The translations under genes were made by a program, and so were the position numbers. This document shows, one piece after another, positions 29,084-38,932 of a stretch of 64,000 bases of DNA. Source of the DNA: Nitrosospira sp. (lineage in GTDB: Bacteria; Pseudomonadota; Gammaproteobacteria; Burkholderiales; Nitrosomonadaceae). The stretch is taken from the NCBI GenBank assembly GCA_035547595.1, contig DASZUL010000047.1, positions 27,160 through 91,159 of the forward strand. Reading direction: 5' to 3'. The notes beneath the pieces were generated by a model, which was not told the DNA's origin, ran no database searches, and saw only the letters and a program-made list of their open reading frames with translations. How positions within the stretch are numbered: the stretch's first letter is position 1; each line of letters begins with the position of its first letter.

Positions 29084-30103
29084 TCAATTTTCGTAAAAAC
29101 GGGCTTCCCGCTTGAGCAGGTCGTCGATTGTCAGGCCTTCGGGCACGAACCCGTCGAACACCGTTCCCAGGCGTTTGGTTTTGAAAAATTCCAGGTTGGC
29201 CCGGTAGGCACGCGGCGGCAGCGGAAAATAATGGGTTCCCCGCGCCATCGCCGACGCATTTTTCATGTAGAACTCGACGAATTCCTTGACCACCGGCCTT
29301 TCCGCTGCCTTCATGTTCACATAGATGAAGATGGGACGGGATAAAGGCTGATAGGTTCCATCCTCGACCGTTTCGACCGATGGCATGATCGCTTCGCCGG
29401 TATCGTTATCGATGGCAACTGCCGCCACCTTATCCTTGTTCTGTGCATAATATCCAAAACCTAGGAAACCGAGTGCATATTTGTCGCCCTCTACACCCTG
29501 AAGCACGACGTTGACGTCATCCTCCTTGGAGGCCGTAAAATCGCTGCGGCTTGCTTTGGGTTTGCCCATGATGACGGTAGTGAAGTAATCGAAGGTGCCC
29601 GATCCCGGCCCCGCGGCGTAAAGCTTGAGCTTCTGGTCGGGCCACGCTGGATTCACCTGGCTCCATTTGGTGATTTTGTTCGTTGCGGCGGGCTGCCAGA
29701 TTTTCCTCAACTCGTCGACGGTCATGGTTCTGCTCCAGTCATTCTTGGGATTGACCACCACGGTCAGCGCATCGAAGGCCACCGGCAACTCCACGTATCG
29801 CACGCCGGCTTTACTGCAGGCCCGCATTTCTTTTCCCAGGATGGGGCGCGAAGCATTGACGATATCTATTTCCTGGCGGCAGAATTTTGCAAACCCTCCG
29901 CCTGTTCCGGATATACCGATTTTTATGCCGACTTTTTCCTTTTTTGCTTCCTGAAAATCTTTTGCCACGTTATCGGTAATGGGATACATCGTGCTGGAAC
30001 CATCGATCCTTATCTCTGCATTGGCGGCTGGAACGTTGGCCATGACCAACGGGACAAGCGCGGCAGTTAGAACAAATACTTTAAGGGTGCGGGATTTAAA
30101 CAT
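29084..30103 (-). CDS. pstS: Phosphate ABC transporter substrate-binding protein (PstS family)
   Basis: IRIDGSSTMYP, SGTGGGF, ASRPI, SGTFDYF and YQPLSRPIFIY motifs; AAGGAG RBS before ATG 30103. Confidence 0.92.
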   Translation of the reverse strand: MFKSRTLKVFVLTAALVPLVMANVPAANAEIRIDGSSTMYPITDNVAKDFQEAKKEKVGIKIGISGTGGGFAKFCRQEIDIVNASRPILGKEMRACSKAGVRYVELPVAFDALTVVVNPKNDWSRTMTVDELRKIWQPAATNKITKWSQVNPAWPDQKLKLYAAGPGSGTFDYFTTVIMGKPKASRSDFTASKEDDVNVVLQGVEGDKYALGFLGFGYYAQNKDKVAAVAIDNDTGEAIMPSVETVEDGTYQPLSRPIFIYVNMKAAERPVVKEFVEFYMKNASAMARGTHYFPLPPRAYRANLEFFKTKRLGTVFDGFVPEGLTIDDLLKREARFYEN

Positions 30104-30581
30104 TTTTTTCTCCTTTTTTAAAACTATTGAACCCGGTGGATGAAAATTTGCATACCGATCTACCACCGATTCAGGCTGTATTTCCTGCAATGCCATCCGG
30201 AACACCCCGCCGTTCCCGCGGGGGTTATCTGAATTCATATCGAGACCGGCGAACACCTGTTCAGGGTTTCCTTAAGTATGGTCTATTCCACCGCGGATAA
30301 ATATCTTCAGGTGGAATATGCATCTCATCTTTCCGATGCAATCGAATCTGTTCTTTAAATGGCTGGTTCCAGCGTTCATGGCGTAACTCATGGCGCACGC
30401 ATCCTCCTCGTCCACGGAATGCCTGAGCAACGAAGATCAGTCCCCGGAACCGCGGGGTGGAGAAAAGCCGATGTTTCCGGGATCGTATCGAGGGCGCGAC
30501 GCGCAGAATCGCCATAACGCGACAGCACGGTTTTGATGGATAACTGCTGAGCAAAATCCGGATTTACAATCGCATCATGGA

Positions 30582-31508
30582 TCAATACACGCTTGGCACA
30601 AACATTTGCTTGGGCACCGGATGCCGCAAATAGTCGGGATTATGGACCCGGTCCGGAAGTACGATCGACTCATGCTCGATTTCACCGTAGGGGATCTGCG
30701 CCAGGAAATGATGAATACAGTTGAGGCGCGCTTTTTTCTTGTCCACGGCCTCGACTATCCACCAGGGAGCCTCATGGATATGGGTGCGTTCCAGCATGGT
30801 TTCCTTGGCCTTGGTGTATTGCTCCCAAAGGCGGCGTGATTCAAGGTCCATGGAGCTTAGCTTCCACTGCTTCAGGGGGTCGCGGATCCGCATCAGGAAG
30901 CGCGTGAACTGTTCGTCATCGGTGATCGAAAACCAGTATTTGATCAGGATGATGCCGGAACGAACCAGCATCTTTTCAAACTCGGGGACGCTGCGGAAGA
31001 ACTCTTCATATTCTTCCTCGCTGCAAAACCCCATGACCTTTTCCACGCCCGCGCGGTTATACCAGCTCCGGTCAAAAAGAACGATTTCCCCGCCGGACGG
31101 CAAATGCGACACGTAGCGTTGAAAATACCACTGGGTGCGTTCCCTCTCGCTCGGAGCGGGAAGTGCGGCTACCCGGCATACGCGAGGATTCAGGCGCTGG
31201 GAGAAACGTTTTATCACGCCCCCTTTTCCCGCGGCATCCCGGCCTTCGAACAGCACCACCACCTTCAACTTTTCGTGTACGACCCAGTCCTGCAGCTTGA
31301 CCAATTCTCCCTGAAGGCGAAAAAGCTCCTTGAAATAGAATTGTCTTTCCGCATGCATCTCGTGAACCGGCTTCGTAGCCTCGGCCACCAGTTCATTCAT
31401 GTGGAAATCGTCGATTTCCATTTCCAGTTCCTCGTCGAGGCTGTCCATCATGTCTGCATGGATATGACGTTCCAGTTGCGAGGAATTATCGTCGTGATCC
31501 GGATTCAT
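30582..31508 (-). CDS. ppk2: Polyphosphate kinase 2, copy 2
   Basis: FEGRDAAGKGG and LFDRSWYNRAGVEKVMGFC motifs; start at 31508 or 31544. Confidence 0.95.
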   Translation of the reverse strand: MNPDHDDNSSQLERHIHADMMDSLDEELEMEIDDFHMNELVAEATKPVHEMHAERQFYFKELFRLQGELVKLQDWVVHEKLKVVVLFEGRDAAGKGGVIKRFSQRLNPRVCRVAALPAPSERERTQWYFQRYVSHLPSGGEIVLFDRSWYNRAGVEKVMGFCSEEEYEEFFRSVPEFEKMLVRSGIILIKYWFSITDDEQFTRFLMRIRDPLKQWKLSSMDLESRRLWEQYTKAKETMLERTHIHEAPWWIVEAVDKKKARLNCIHHFLAQIPYGEIEHESIVLPDRVHNPDYLRHPVPKQMFVPSVY

Positions 31509-31527
31509 TCGAGTTCTGACATCGATT

Positions 31528-33135
31528 TCAAAATACCCTTGCAAACAGCCAATACAGGGATCCGGAAAGTATCATGGAAGCGGGAAGTGTCAGTACCCAG
31601 GCCATGGCCAGGTTGCGCACGGTGCCCCATTGCAGGCCGGATTTATTGGCGGCCATAGTGCCTGCCGCGCCCGATGACAGAACCTGGGTGGTGGAAACCG
31701 GCAGGCCATAGAGATCGGCGACCCCGATAGTGGTCATAGCGACCAGCTCCGCGGATGCTCCCTGGGCATAGGTGAGGTGGGATTTTCCGATCTTCTCGCC
31801 CACTGTCACCACGATGCGCTTCCATCCCACCATCGTGCCCAGGCCCAGGAATATGGCTACCGCAACCTTCACCCAAAGCGGAATGAATTTGGTCGCTTCA
31901 TCGATATTCTTCTTGAAAGCCTTGAGGTTATTTTTGGTATCGTCATCGAATTTCACCGCATCGCTCTTTTCCAGGAAACGGATGGTCTCCGAGGTCAGAT
32001 ACATATCGTTGCGTACATTCCCGACCGCTTCCATCGGCACATGCTTAAGGCTTCCGTGTTGCCTGATCTGATTGCCGATATCCTCGACCATGGCGGCCAG
32101 GGCGGAGAGCACTTCGGGCCTGTACTCCTTGGTGCGCACATACTCGGAAAGCACCGCGCGAGGCTCTTCGGGAACTACTGTCGTAACGGCCCTGAGCAGG
32201 GATTCGTGGGTGACATGCGAAACCGCCGCAAACTGGGTCATTTGGTCGGCCGGCATGGCCCGATTCAAGGCATACGCCATGGGTACGGTGCCGATCAGGA
32301 TCAGCATGATCAATCCCATGCCTTTTTGGCCGTCATTGGAACCATGCGCGAAAGAAACGCCTGTGCAGGTCAGGATCAGCAGGTCGCGTATCCAGAAAGG
32401 CGGCGGCGTATTTCCCTTGGGTTCCCGGTATAAAGCCTGGTTCTTTATCAAGGCTCGCATCGTCCACAAGAGCAGCGCGGCGCAGAAAAATCCGATCATC
32501 GGCGAGAGCAGCAGGGAATATCCGACCTTGCTCGCCTGGCCCCAATCCACGCCGCTGGTTCCGTCCCGTCCATTCATGAGCGCGTTGGCGAGGCCGACCC
32601 CGATGATCGAACCTATCAGGGTATGGGATGAAGAAGCCGGCAGCCCCAGCAGCCATGTGCCCAGGTTCCAGAGAATAGCGGCGATCAGCAGGGCAAAGAC
32701 CATGGCGAAACCGGGCTTGGATCCCACCTGCAGAATCAGCTCGACCGGAAGCAGGGAAATGATGCCGAAGGCAACGGCACCGCTCGAAAACATGACGCCG
32801 AGAAAATTGAACAAACCGGACCACACAACGGCAAAATTGGCGGGAAGCGCGTGTGTGTATATCACGGTCGCAACCGCGTTGGCGGTATCGTGGAAACCGT
32901 TGACGAATTCGAAACCAAGAGCGATAAGCAACGCTACCGCCAGAAGAATATAGGGCAGCCAGGTGACGGCGACATCTCCCGCTTCGTTGATATCTCTCAT
33001 CAGGCTGAAAACGGTATATCCCAGCGCCCCCGTAAGCATGCACGCAAAGATGAAAGCGGTGAGAAGCCCGGGGTTTTGATCCAGATTCGGACGGGAACCC
33101 AGGGAAGGCCGCGTCGCTGACAGAATCGAATTCAT
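31528..33135 (-). CDS. PiT-family low-affinity inorganic phosphate transporter
   Basis: FEFVNGFHDTANAVATVI, PASSSHTLIG, SFAHGSNDGQKGMGL and PVSTTQVLSS motifs. Confidence 0.95.
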   Translation of the reverse strand: MNSILSATRPSLGSRPNLDQNPGLLTAFIFACMLTGALGYTVFSLMRDINEAGDVAVTWLPYILLAVALLIALGFEFVNGFHDTANAVATVIYTHALPANFAVVWSGLFNFLGVMFSSGAVAFGIISLLPVELILQVGSKPGFAMVFALLIAAILWNLGTWLLGLPASSSHTLIGSIIGVGLANALMNGRDGTSGVDWGQASKVGYSLLLSPMIGFFCAALLLWTMRALIKNQALYREPKGNTPPPFWIRDLLILTCTGVSFAHGSNDGQKGMGLIMLILIGTVPMAYALNRAMPADQMTQFAAVSHVTHESLLRAVTTVVPEEPRAVLSEYVRTKEYRPEVLSALAAMVEDIGNQIRQHGSLKHVPMEAVGNVRNDMYLTSETIRFLEKSDAVKFDDDTKNNLKAFKKNIDEATKFIPLWVKVAVAIFLGLGTMVGWKRIVVTVGEKIGKSHLTYAQGASAELVAMTTIGVADLYGLPVSTTQVLSSGAAGTMAANKSGLQWGTVRNLAMAWVLTLPASMILSGSLYWLFARVF

Positions 33136-33163
33136 CGCATGGACCGGTTGTGGGAACCCAAAA

Positions 33164-33197
33164 AGGCTAGCAAATGTTTATTGCAGAAAAATTACAA
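33164..33197 (-). promoter_or_regulatory. Putative Pho box plus -10 element upstream of the pit-ppk2 cassette
   Basis: Minus strand TTGTAAT-TTTT-CTGCAAT, then exactly 10 nt, then TAGCCT; this is the E. coli phoA-type geometry. Confidence 0.55.
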
Positions 33198-33344
33198 ACC
33201 GAACTGCGTATCGGCCCGGCTGTGCCATCCATGATCGCGGAAAGGCTTTTTAGCCTGGAGGATGATACGATCCCGGAGAGCTGCACCGGGACGAGTGAAG
33301 GCGGTAAGTCGAGCGATGATTCGATGGGATCGCGGTCTTTTCTC

Positions 33345-34043
33345 TTAGGATTGGTCTTCGCAAAGCTCGGCCAGGTCCACTGCCCGGCTGAAATGCGACC
33401 CCAAACGTTCGTCATGGCTGACGAAGATCAGCGTGACGTGCTCATCCTCGCAGCGCTCGAGCAGCAGGTCGAGAAATTCCGCCTGCCGGGCTGCATCCAA
33501 TGCGGAAGTAGGTTCGTCGGCGATGATCAGTTCAGGGTGTCCGATCAATGCGCGTGCGGCGGCCACGCGCTGCTGCTGCCCCACGGAAAGGGAGGTCACG
33601 GGCTGGCGCGCCAATGCCGTGTCCAGGCCCAGCTGGTCGAGCAGCCGCTCCACCGATTGCTCCAGCGAACCTGCGTTTTCCAGTGCGCTGTCGCGCCGGC
33701 GCCGGGAGAAACGGCAGGGCAGGAGCACATTCTCACGCACCGAGAGATAAGGCACCAGGTTGAATTGCTGGAACAGAAAGCCGATGTGGTCGACGCGAAA
33801 CCGGTCGCGTGCGCTGGATGACAACGCGGTAAGGTCGGTATCGAGAACGCGCAGGTGGCAGGGCCGGGGCAGCAGCACCCCGCCCAGCAGGCCAAGCAAT
33901 GTGCTTTTGCCGCTGCCGCTTGCGCCCTGGAGGAAAATGCGCTCCCCGCGCCGCACCAGAAACTGCGGAATCGAAAGGCGAAAGCCATGCCTGCCGGGCC
34001 ATTGATAAACGAGATTCTGGATCTCGATTACAAAAGGGTTCAT
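33345..34043 (-). CDS. ABC transporter ATP-binding protein of the DUF2796-DUF3299 operon
   Basis: Walker A GASGSGKST, signature LSVGQQQR, ADEPTSALD and VSHD motifs. Confidence 0.95.
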   Translation of the reverse strand: MNPFVIEIQNLVYQWPGRHGFRLSIPQFLVRRGERIFLQGASGSGKSTLLGLLGGVLLPRPCHLRVLDTDLTALSSSARDRFRVDHIGFLFQQFNLVPYLSVRENVLLPCRFSRRRRDSALENAGSLEQSVERLLDQLGLDTALARQPVTSLSVGQQQRVAAARALIGHPELIIADEPTSALDAARQAEFLDLLLERCEDEHVTLIFVSHDERLGSHFSRAVDLAELCEDQS

Positions 34044-34067
34044 GAATGGGCCCGCACCTTCACGGTT

Positions 34068-34772
34068 TCATCGCCATTGCACGCGGGTGGACCGGGGCGT
34101 GAGCCGCACGCTCGACTGCTTTTTCGGCCCCGCCACGGCGGCATCCAGCCGCCGCAGGCCAGGAAATGCCCGGAATAGCCCCACGTCGAATTCCTGCAAT
34201 TCCTGCGGTGCGGAACAGTGGAAGACCCAGGCCGCTTCCAGTTCCCCGTGAAGCTCATGCGTTTCATCGACACCGTGAGCCTCGTGAGCGTCGGAAGGAG
34301 GGGAGGATAGGGAGAAGGCAGGCTTCGATGCTTCATCTTTCCGCTCGCGGGAGTTCGAACCCTGGTTTTTGCCGGATGGCGGAACAACCGCCAGCAGTTC
34401 CGGGGAAAGCGCGGCGGATTGCAGGTGCGTCGATTCCAGCCGGCATCCAGCCGAGGGCGTGAAGACGAACAGGGTATCGCCCCGATGCAATTTCGCCGCC
34501 ATCGCCCGGATAGCCCGATGCTCCTCCGCGGTTCGCGGCGCATGTTCGAATCCCACCAGATTATCCAGTGGGGTGTAGAGATTGATCTGCACCGTGCCGC
34601 CATCCACTGCTGCTTCCAGGGCAGCCTGTCCATGAACATGCACCCCGGGGGATTGGGCCGAAGCAGGGGCTGCAAGTCCCATTGCCAGGCCTGCGGCAAG
34701 CATGGTTTTCTTTGAAAAATCCAGAAAATCTGAAAAACCCGACCAGCGGAGCGATTGTCTCATCCCTGGCAT
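34068..34772 (-). CDS. DUF2796 (ZrgA-like) periplasmic His-rich zinc-binding protein
   Basis: HVHG, NLVGFEHAPRT and His-rich loop DAHEAHGVDETHELHGE; start uncertain (34772 or 34703). Confidence 0.88.
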   Translation of the reverse strand: MPGMRQSLRWSGFSDFLDFSKKTMLAAGLAMGLAAPASAQSPGVHVHGQAALEAAVDGGTVQINLYTPLDNLVGFEHAPRTAEEHRAIRAMAAKLHRGDTLFVFTPSAGCRLESTHLQSAALSPELLAVVPPSGKNQGSNSRERKDEASKPAFSLSSPPSDAHEAHGVDETHELHGELEAAWVFHCSAPQELQEFDVGLFRAFPGLRRLDAAVAGPKKQSSVRLTPRSTRVQWR

Positions 34773-35266
34773 TCCCTTCGACGCAAAAAGAACTTGTCAG
34801 TTTCGGCCTCCGGCGCCGCCAGGCTGGTCTGATGATACCCATTCGATGCCCATTCCCGCTCGGCTTCGATCTGCGGCATCGGACGGAAATCCGGTCAGGG
34901 CCGGCAAATCACTCCGCAGTATCCAGGACAGCACCCATAGGCTGTTACAAAAGTGGGTCGATGCGGGAAGCTCGGCATATTTATAACATTTTTTATGGTT
35001 CGGGAACGCTCGTATTCTCCCATTACCCGCGGTTAACTCTGATTTTGCACGACTGCAGTGCTGGGGCGCGAGAAGTGCGGTGCCATTTCGGCCATGGCGG
35101 AGAGGTGATCGAAGTCTGGTGAACCCGAACACATGGGTACAAAAGACAGATGAAGAATCCTCGGGCTTGAGATGGCTGCCGGGCAATATCGAGGCGGGAA
35201 AGCGGAAGGATAGCAAGGATCAGGTGCTGCAAGCCCGGAAATGGGCCTGCAGCATTGCCTAAAATT

Positions 35267-35557
35267 CTAGTGTTTTTGTTCAAAACGATCATGCATTTTT
35301 TTTACCATTTCGTGCAGGTTTCTCATTTCAGCGGGTTCAAGCTTGCCGTTATGGTTTTTGTCGTTCTGGTCAAACATCCACTCGTGGTGCTTCATGAATT
35401 CTGTTTTACTGACGCTGCCGTCCGCTTCTTTTTTCATCACGGAAGCATCATTTTCCCCTTCATTTCCAGCCGCATTGGCGCTGACTGCAAAATTGGCTAT
35501 GGCCATTAAAAAAGGAACGAGCGCAACAATAAAACCCATTTTTCGTTTTTGCATCAT
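35267..35557 (-). CDS. Small secreted EF-hand-like, His/Met-rich protein
   Basis: Signal peptide; canonical loop DKNHNGKLEPAE and a degenerate loop ADGSVSKTEF. Confidence 0.8.
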   Translation of the reverse strand: MMQKRKMGFIVALVPFLMAIANFAVSANAAGNEGENDASVMKKEADGSVSKTEFMKHHEWMFDQNDKNHNGKLEPAEMRNLHEMVKKMHDRFEQKH

Positions 35558-35695
35558 GATGGCATCTCCTTGGTTTGGTTTCCGATGGCTGTTGACGACT
35601 TCAAAGGATTACGACCTGTAACGACATGGTTTTGCTGGTTTAATCATCCAGTACCGGATCTATGAGCAATGGGTTCAGAGACGGCTTCCCGGTTG

Positions 35696-36196
35696 TCAGT
35701 GCTGCATGTGGTGGTGATGTTCCTCACTGTTGTTTTCCATTTGTGATTTCGCATCGCCTTTCATAACGACCTTGGTCTTGGCTTTGGTCTTGGATGGAAC
35801 GAACCGTGCCGCGGTCACTTCCTGTCCTGGCAGCTCAACGAATACCGTTACTGCTGTCTCCGGGGTAACGGCGAAGTCTCCGGTTCCCTTGAGGATATTG
35901 CCGCCCGCCGGTTCCAGCCTGATCGGAGTCTTGGCTTTAGCCTTGCCAACTTGGATGGTCGCTTTTCCCATACCGCCTACGGTACTGAGGGCCTGGTCGG
36001 CATGATCCATTACATAGAGCACGATTTCCTTATCCTTGGCGACGAGTTCCAGGTGATATGGCCCGGCCATGCGCATTTGTCCGCCATGCGCAGATTCCCT
36101 GGAATCGAAATATGCTTCTGTGTGCGCAGCAGCAAACGAGGATGCGGCGGCGAGGGTGGCACTGATGAGAAACGTAACGACTCGTAAGATATTCAT
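35696..36196 (-). CDS. Periplasmic His-rich hypothetical protein (putative metal-binding)
   Basis: AAGGAG RBS; signal peptide; HGGQMRMAGPYHLELV and VMDH motifs; C-terminal HHHHMQH. Confidence 0.85.
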   Translation of the reverse strand: MNILRVVTFLISATLAAASSFAAAHTEAYFDSRESAHGGQMRMAGPYHLELVAKDKEIVLYVMDHADQALSTVGGMGKATIQVGKAKAKTPIRLEPAGGNILKGTGDFAVTPETAVTVFVELPGQEVTAARFVPSKTKAKTKVVMKGDAKSQMENNSEEHHHHMQH

Positions 36197-36302
36197 TTTA
36201 GGTCTCCTTGGACATACATAAAGACTGGGGCTTGATTGATATTCATGAAGGAGCATGAATATTTTATGTTTTATACGATAATTCATGATCCTTCATGGCT
36301 GC

Positions 36303-36347
36303 ATCATATACCCCACTAGGGTATATGTCAATACCTTATTGAGGTAT
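36303..36347 (-). promoter_or_regulatory. Sigma70 promoter with tandem CsoR/RcnR-type operators
   Basis: Minus strand TTGACA-17 nt-TATGAT; inverted repeat ATATACCC-CACTA-GGGTATAT (36306-36326) fills the spacer; second repeat ATACC-TTATTGA-GGTAT at 36331-36347. Confidence 0.75.
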
Positions 36348-36873
36348 ATTAGAATACTGGAAATAGTTTTATATTCCCGACTCCTGTTATATGCCCTGCA
36401 GCATTTTGTATGGCCTCCTTACAACCGGAACGGCGCATGAATTTATTGTATATATAATTGATTTTAGGATAATTTATCGCTTAAAGAAGCTATTGATGAT
36501 GGTGCCGGCAAACTCGCCTCGCCCTTCACAAGCATCGGCCGAACATTCATAAGCTCGGTTGGTCTTGTTTCACATGGCGTAAGGCAAATACTTATACAGG
36601 GTATGTATATGAGAGGGTGAGGGCATCTATGGGACCAGAATCCATACAGAGGGGACGATGGAGAGGGTGGGGAATATCCGACCCCGGTGTCGGTGCCCTG
36701 CTGTCGGCTGGCCTGGAGGCCAGGGATTTATGGTTGGCCGTTTACCGCGACGCGGCTCAAGGACGCATACGCGCGGCCTCATGATTGGCGGAACACCGGG
36801 GGGGGGTTGCCTGGATCAAGTCACGCTGTTCATGCCTGTAACCAGTTGCGGAAAATGCCTGGTTTTCCAGCGT

Positions 36874-37362
36874 CTAATCAAGAGTTTTATCGTAGTGCAA
36901 CCCTGGTATTTTTTTCAAGCTGAACTCGGTATCGAAGCACTCCGGCACTGTTCCCGTGAATGTATCAAACGCGGAATTAACTTTTCCTTTCAGGCTTATC
37001 GGTATATAACCCTCGGGTTTTTCTACCCAGGCGCCGCTATCCAGAATGAGGGAGCCGTCATAATAATAGGAGCCGGTAAGAACGAAACGGCCCGTAGCCG
37101 TCTTGGGATTTGATGACGTAGGGTAAAACGAAAAACTGCCTTCGACATACCCGGTCTTATGGCCGGTAAGTATCAAGGTAGCCCCGTTCTTTCCCTGAAA
37201 GCATTCATAGCTGCCGACCCATTTTCCTGAAACACGCTTCGCGTTTCCGCGCATCGGGGGGTCGATCGACGGTTCACCCGCGCCTGCTGAAAGAAACATG
37301 ATTATTCCCAGCATCGGTCTCAGGCAATCGCTCAATTTCCCAAGCAATAGGCGGATATTCAT
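36874..37362 (-). CDS. Hypothetical secreted beta-rich protein
   Basis: Hydrophobic N-terminus; WxGxYxCxQG...NP...W...PxGY pattern; two Cys. Confidence 0.65.
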   Translation of the reverse strand: MNIRLLLGKLSDCLRPMLGIIMFLSAGAGEPSIDPPMRGNAKRVSGKWVGSYECFQGKNGATLILTGHKTGYVEGSFSFYPTSSNPKTATGRFVLTGSYYYDGSLILDSGAWVEKPEGYIPISLKGKVNSAFDTFTGTVPECFDTEFSLKKIPGLHYDKTLD

Positions 37363-37712
37363 ATCCGGTAATTATACTCTTATGGAATTATTTGAATATC
37401 GCCGGTCCAGCATCACATCTCTTCCAAGATCAGGTTTACCGCGATTTCACGGGTGAGTCTCAAGTGCATCCTGAGCCGGTTTCCTGAAGCAGAGCAGGCG
37501 GCGAGAGAACCTCATCAATTCCGTTTTTACCAAACACCATAATATTGATTTACTGCTTAATGCGTTTTGTATGACTGTGCATCACGTTGAAGAGCAGGAG
37601 GAGAGGGGGAGGATAGCGGTGGTCGCTTGATAAGCTTTCCATTTTTTATTGGTTCGGGTAAGCATGCAATGGTGCTAGATTCCCTCCTTGATTGTTCTCG
37701 GAGGAAATTGAA

Positions 37713-38807
37713 ATGCTATTCAATAATTCGCGTTTTGCTGTTGGAATATTTATAGCGCTTGCAAGCCTGGGTGTTGCCTACGCCACCCTGAGTAATTTCC
37801 CCGGTCGTTCTCCAGCGGGCTCTGTGGAGCGGTTGTACGAGGATTTGAATGCCGGTTTTGCCTCTTTATGGAAAGCCCGGACGGGCCTCGATATCAAGGT
37901 CGAGCACGCGCTGAGCAAGTCTGGGAAGCCCGTGCATATTACGGTCGACGGGCTTTATGTTCCCTCTCTTGCATTATCCTACGATGTGGACAAGTTGCAT
38001 GACCGGGAACGATTTATTGCTCCTGGTGCCCGCGAGCTGCTGGCGCAGGATTTTCGGCCCGGCTCTCTTCCTTCGGCCTATACCTCGACTATCGTGTTTC
38101 TCGTAAGGAAAGGCAATCCGAAAGAATTGCGGGATTGGAGCGATCTGGTGCGCCCCGATATAAAAGTGGTTACCCCGAACCCAAAGCGTTCTGAAAACGG
38201 CCGCTGGAATTATCTTGCCGCTTGGGGGTCCGCGATGAAGCAATCGGGAGGGAGTGAACAAGCCGCGCGTGAGTTTGTCGGTCGATTATTCGCCAATGCC
38301 CAAATAGTGGATTACGAGGACGGAAAGCCCCAAGATCAAGCCGTTGATTTCATCTCCAATGGCGTGGGCGACGTATTCCTCATCTGGGAAAATGAAGCGC
38401 ACCTGATTGTCCACAATAGTGGAAACGAGAAGTTTGAAATCGTTACTCCGTCCATATCGATAGTGGCTGAACCTGTTATAAGCGTAGTGGACACCGTTGC
38501 GCGAGGGAAAGATGCGCGCGGCGTAGGAGCTTCATATATCGAATATCTTTATACACCCCAGGCGCAGCATATCGCCGCCCAGCATTATTACCGTCCCCGG
38601 GATCCATCGGTGGGTGCCCGATACGAGGACCGATTTCCTCATCTTGAGCTGTTTACCGTCGACGAGGTGGCTGGTGGCTGGCAGAAAGCCCAGAAAATAC
38701 ATTTTGCCAACGGTGGTGTTTTTGATCGGATTGCGGGCGATAAACCGGCTTCCGTCGCGGAAAATGGTTCGATTAGCGCCACTTTGCGGGATGAAAGCGA
38801 TGGATGA
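37713..38807 (+). CDS. Divergent sulfate/thiosulfate ABC substrate-binding protein (Sbp/CysP family), orphan
   Basis: YTSTIVFLVRKGNPK, TPNPKxS..RWNYLAAWG, WENEA and HYYRP motifs; no permease genes nearby. Confidence 0.88.
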   Translation: MLFNNSRFAVGIFIALASLGVAYATLSNFPGRSPAGSVERLYEDLNAGFASLWKARTGLDIKVEHALSKSGKPVHITVDGLYVPSLALSYDVDKLHDRERFIAPGARELLAQDFRPGSLPSAYTSTIVFLVRKGNPKELRDWSDLVRPDIKVVTPNPKRSENGRWNYLAAWGSAMKQSGGSEQAAREFVGRLFANAQIVDYEDGKPQDQAVDFISNGVGDVFLIWENEAHLIVHNSGNEKFEIVTPSISIVAEPVISVVDTVARGKDARGVGASYIEYLYTPQAQHIAAQHYYRPRDPSVGARYEDRFPHLELFTVDEVAGGWQKAQKIHFANGGVFDRIAGDKPASVAENGSISATLRDESDG

Positions 38808-38932
38808 TTTATCCGCTTGAAGCCAGGCGCTGCAACCTCATGTTCGATTCCGCCTTCAAACCTTCAAGATATAAGAGGGTATTGAAGAGACTGGGATTGA
38901 TGCATGGGGGCGACCATCCCTGCTTCGTGCCG

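Noticed and set aside
34975-34995. Zur box upstream of the DUF2796 gene
   Set aside because: Only one half-site (AAATGTTATA on the minus strand) matches; the other half is poor.
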